A program made the position numbers and the translations under genes. Below, piece by piece: positions 60,777-64,000 of a DNA stretch of 64,000 bases. Source of the stretch: Neoechinorhynchus agilis (taxonomy: Eukaryota; Animalia; Acanthocephala); NCBI GenBank assembly GCA_051530055.1, contig CM121343.1:2264389-2328388 (forward strand), written 5' to 3'. Below the pieces are notes generated by a model, which worked only from the letters and a program-made list of their open reading frames with translations, ran no database searches and was not told the DNA's origin. The stretch's first letter is position 1. Each line of letters begins with the position of its first letter.

Positions 60777-61361
60777 GTGTGCAGATTTAAATTTTTATTC
60801 ACCACAATGGCTCACTCAAATTCCCCGCTTCAAAGAAAAATGCGAGTAGCGCTAAAATTGATAAAAAATTGCGCTCTATGTTCAAAAAGGTATATACTTG
60901 AAGGCAAACCTCCGGATCCTCCGGGTTTTGGTGCAGTCAGTTCATCGTCCGATATGGATTGTGAACTAATTACCCCGTATCGAAAGGAAGTGATCGATAA
61001 AGGTTTGTTTCGATTTAATGACTCTTACTCCGGTTTTGATGGAGTTTTGGGATCATCACTTTCTCAAGGCCAGGGGGATGATCATAAGCAACCTGGTAAG
61101 TTTTCTGTCGTCTCTGGTTGTAATGGAGACAAAAGCTCTGCCCATAAAAGTAGTTATGCCCTTCGTCCTGCAAGGAAAGAGGGTTACATAGTGATAATCA
61201 AAAATGAAGACCTTTCATCAAAAGAAAGTAATATCAAAAAAGTAACCAAAGATTTTGGAAAGTCGTTACCTATGGATTGTATAATTGCTCAATCCGCCCC
61301 CCGAGGTGGGAATCCGTTTTTATCCGAGTCCCGGACCGGTTCACGTCACGAACTCCGCTAA
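60777..61361 (+). CDS. Hypothetical ORF, 194 aa, upstream of the putative viral insert
   Basis: Open frame only; no domain recognised. Confidence 0.25.
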   Translation: MCRFKFLFTTMAHSNSPLQRKMRVALKLIKNCALCSKRYILEGKPPDPPGFGAVSSSSDMDCELITPYRKEVIDKGLFRFNDSYSGFDGVLGSSLSQGQGDDHKQPGKFSVVSGCNGDKSSAHKSSYALRPARKEGYIVIIKNEDLSSKESNIKKVTKDFGKSLPMDCIIAQSAPRGGNPFLSESRTGSRHELR

Positions 61362-61775
61362 GCACTGTGAGTCCTTATTGGCAGGTGTAGGAGGGAGTGT
61401 GTATGGGCCACCGCCCCGCAGCCCACCGTAAGTCATTATCTGCAGGTGGTGGGGATCCTCGTGCGAACTGCGGGCGACGTCGGCCTGTTTTGATGCGTCA
61501 CTTCAGGTCCTCCGTTGCACACCCCTTTTTGTGGTGTGTGACAACCACCCCTGGCGGCAATTCCTACGGGAAGCGCGATCAAGTCCCCAGTGGCCTCTGA
61601 CACAGGCAGCATGGGTTTGTCGGGCTCCACCCGCAGGAATCCCCACGCACAAGGGTTCCTGTATGGGCTTTCCGTAGAGAGTTTGCAGCCGGTGGTGGTG
61701 AGCGGGTGTGATTCTCAGTATAATTTAACTTCAATTTCCTTTACTGATCTCACATGTTTCCTATTTTGTTTTTAG

Positions 61776-64000
61776 ATGGAATATAGTGATCAAACAGCAC
61801 CTGTCTCTGAGGCTCCGGCCCCTCTAGCACCTTCAGTGGCTCTTGTGGAGGTTGGCGAACAACTTCCAAAAGATCAAATCAACGTTGGAAACCAACGTCG
61901 AGGGAGTTTGCGTTCAGCACAGCAAGCTAACCTTGACCAGACGATCACTGGATTGCGGCGGCCCAAGAGGACAGTCCTCGATGTTTACAATAACTTCAAC
62001 AACGGATCTTCTCTCAAGTTCGGAACCGCATCAGTCATGACCTCGAATGTATGCCTACCTGTGCCGTATCAATCAGTGGAGCGGCGTCCCACATTTTTCC
62101 GGGCCTGGCGAACTGAGCCGCATACTTATATGCCTGTACTTCATCGCAGACAAGCTACTGGAAACTTTTATTGGAATTTCGGGGTTAAGGCCTTGGTTGA
62201 GATGGGTATTGGACGTACTGTAACTAGAGAACAGCATGTTCAATTGTCATCCGTTGAATTGAATCCGCAATATAATTTGCGAATCATCTTTTGTCAATCT
62301 CCTCTATACAATCCCAACATAGCTCCACTGGTAGCTGGATTAACTTCAACTCCTGGGTTATACGATACTAGCCACGGAACGAGAATGTTACAGTAAGTGT
62401 TAGGGTTTTCTAGGCATGTCGCTTCTACCATGAATGGAGTACTGTCATAGGCGCTCTTCAAGGCTAATACTTCAGCCTTCTATGCCAAATGTTGGCTAAT
62501 GGCCATGATGTTATCTTGGAGCGAAGCAGTTCACTGGGCATTACATACTCTACCCATAGCTAACAATGTTGTGACAGCTGTCTCGTATTCACCGGCCGAT
62601 GGTGCAGCCGAAAGTGAGATGCTAACTTCACTGGCTAATGGAGTGCGGTCAGGAGTGCTGGTTGTCGACAACGTCAAGTTCAGTGTGGATCAATTGAACG
62701 TATTAGCTTTAGCGGCCAACGAATTCCCGAGATTTGCAGTTACAGCACCTGGTCATCCAGCTCTTATTCAAGCTGTTACGATTCCAGCAGTCCCTTTGAT
62801 TATTCTATTCAGAGGAGGTCAAGCTATAGTTCCGCCCGCAATCCTCCCACAATTCGCTACAGTGAAGGAGACGATAATCAAACTAATGTAGGTGCGTCGT
62901 GAATTTTCTGCCGCAATTGTCGGTTTTCACCGAGCGGCATCGGTCTTTGCCCGTTGGGGTCCAACCCTGCACCAGAGTCGAATTGGAGGGTTCACTGGAA
63001 CGCTGGAGGTTTCAGTCCTTGAGTGGCCAAAACCGCATTTCGGCAAATCCTTCCTCCACTTACTCGGTCTGGTGAGAGATGCAGCAGATGAGGATATCAA
63101 GTTAGAAGCGTCATACATGGCTGCAGTTGATGTCCCTGATTGTTTCCGGCTAGCCCTATTTTCTTCGGCCATGAGTGTGTTAGCTATTTCAACAGCATTC
63201 GACCAGTATTGCATCACGGCACGCGGGTTATTTTTCGGTGACATCGTGGAAACTGCCACGCACTACAGCTGTCGGCGGTGAGCCGTGTGGCTCCCGCTGT
63301 TTGTGCCCTATACAAAATGGCCATGCGAATATCGACGGCAATGAAAATGCCGAGTCTCGGTATCCACTATTGGACGGCAACAGCTTGGGCAACCGAATTC
63401 ACAGCTATAGCTGTCACGGAGAACATTACAAATGCTATTTGGCATGGCGCCTTTGGGGCTTATGTACCCTATCCTGTGAGTCTACCCGGCACATTGGGGT
63501 TTCTCAAGCCCACCAACTTCTATTATGATAACTCGTGAAGTAACTCGAGCTGGGCGCCCCCAGGACACCTTCTTCATGCCCAGCCTTATGGACGAGATAT
63601 TCAATGCTGGGGGCGTTATATCCAATGCAAGACATTGCACTTCTCACTACGTCCGACTACTCTTGAATGTAATAGCGCAGACCGCCCGCCACGTATTTCC
63701 GGCTACCACCGAATGGATTTCCCGGGATCCCGACATGCTCTGTCACGAACGGTCTACGCAGGACGATGAGCCCTTACCAGCGATGCAGTGGGATGAAGAG
63801 CTGTTAATATTGGTACCTGGCACTTTGCCAGCGTTTTCAAGGGCTGAATTATCACGGGTTATTCTTCGACGGGACTGCTTGCAGCATCCAGCAGTTGGGA
63901 TTGAGTGTGATCGGGGGAGTATTTATGCTCCAGGTGCTTTTGATATCCTGGGGCTGCGTAATGCAAACGGTGAGGCAAACGACCTGCCCGCTGAGGATTA
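61776..64000 (+). pseudogene. Putative endogenous viral element: toti-like (Ghabrivirales) dsRNA-virus capsid gene, degraded, running off the window
   Basis: ORFs 61776, 62499 and 62892 are in one frame, separated by single stops; a shifted segment 63260-63530, then the original frame open to 64000. Ala/Pro-rich, no retroelement motifs. STAFDQYCITARGL and ILVPGTLPAFS recall toti-like capsids (from memory, not searched). Confidence 0.55.

Noticed and set aside
1-64000. tRNA, rRNA, Helitron or DNA-transposase genes
   Set aside because: None recognised by eye on either strand

Overview
Repeat-dense, AT-rich eukaryotic DNA, almost certainly from an invertebrate animal. The evidence is a metazoan-type bifunctional capping enzyme plus CRE, RTE, CR1/L2-group, Penelope and Ty3/gypsy retroelement debris. 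The only clearly intact cellular genes are three intronless, 97-99% identical copies of a divergent mRNA capping enzyme (RNGTT-like, 737-738 aa). They sit in a duplicated cassette: two direct copies about 13 kb apart and one inverted copy. All three share substitutions in the catalytic signatures (HCTRGYNK instead of CX5R; KxGG instead of KxDG) and carry a long inserted linker. Two cassette copies lie directly downstream of, and co-oriented with, a CRE-type retrotransposon, and their shared boundary falls in its 5' end. The retroelements show many internal deletions and two templated junction insertions, while the capping ORFs stay open. Other structure includes a perfect 98-bp hairpin, a 78-bp x4 tandem repeat, a ~190-bp satellite, and at the right end a stop- and frameshift-broken reading frame that looks like an endogenised toti-like dsRNA-virus capsid gene. 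All comparisons and counts were made by eye and no database search was possible. Element boundaries are approximate unless stated.
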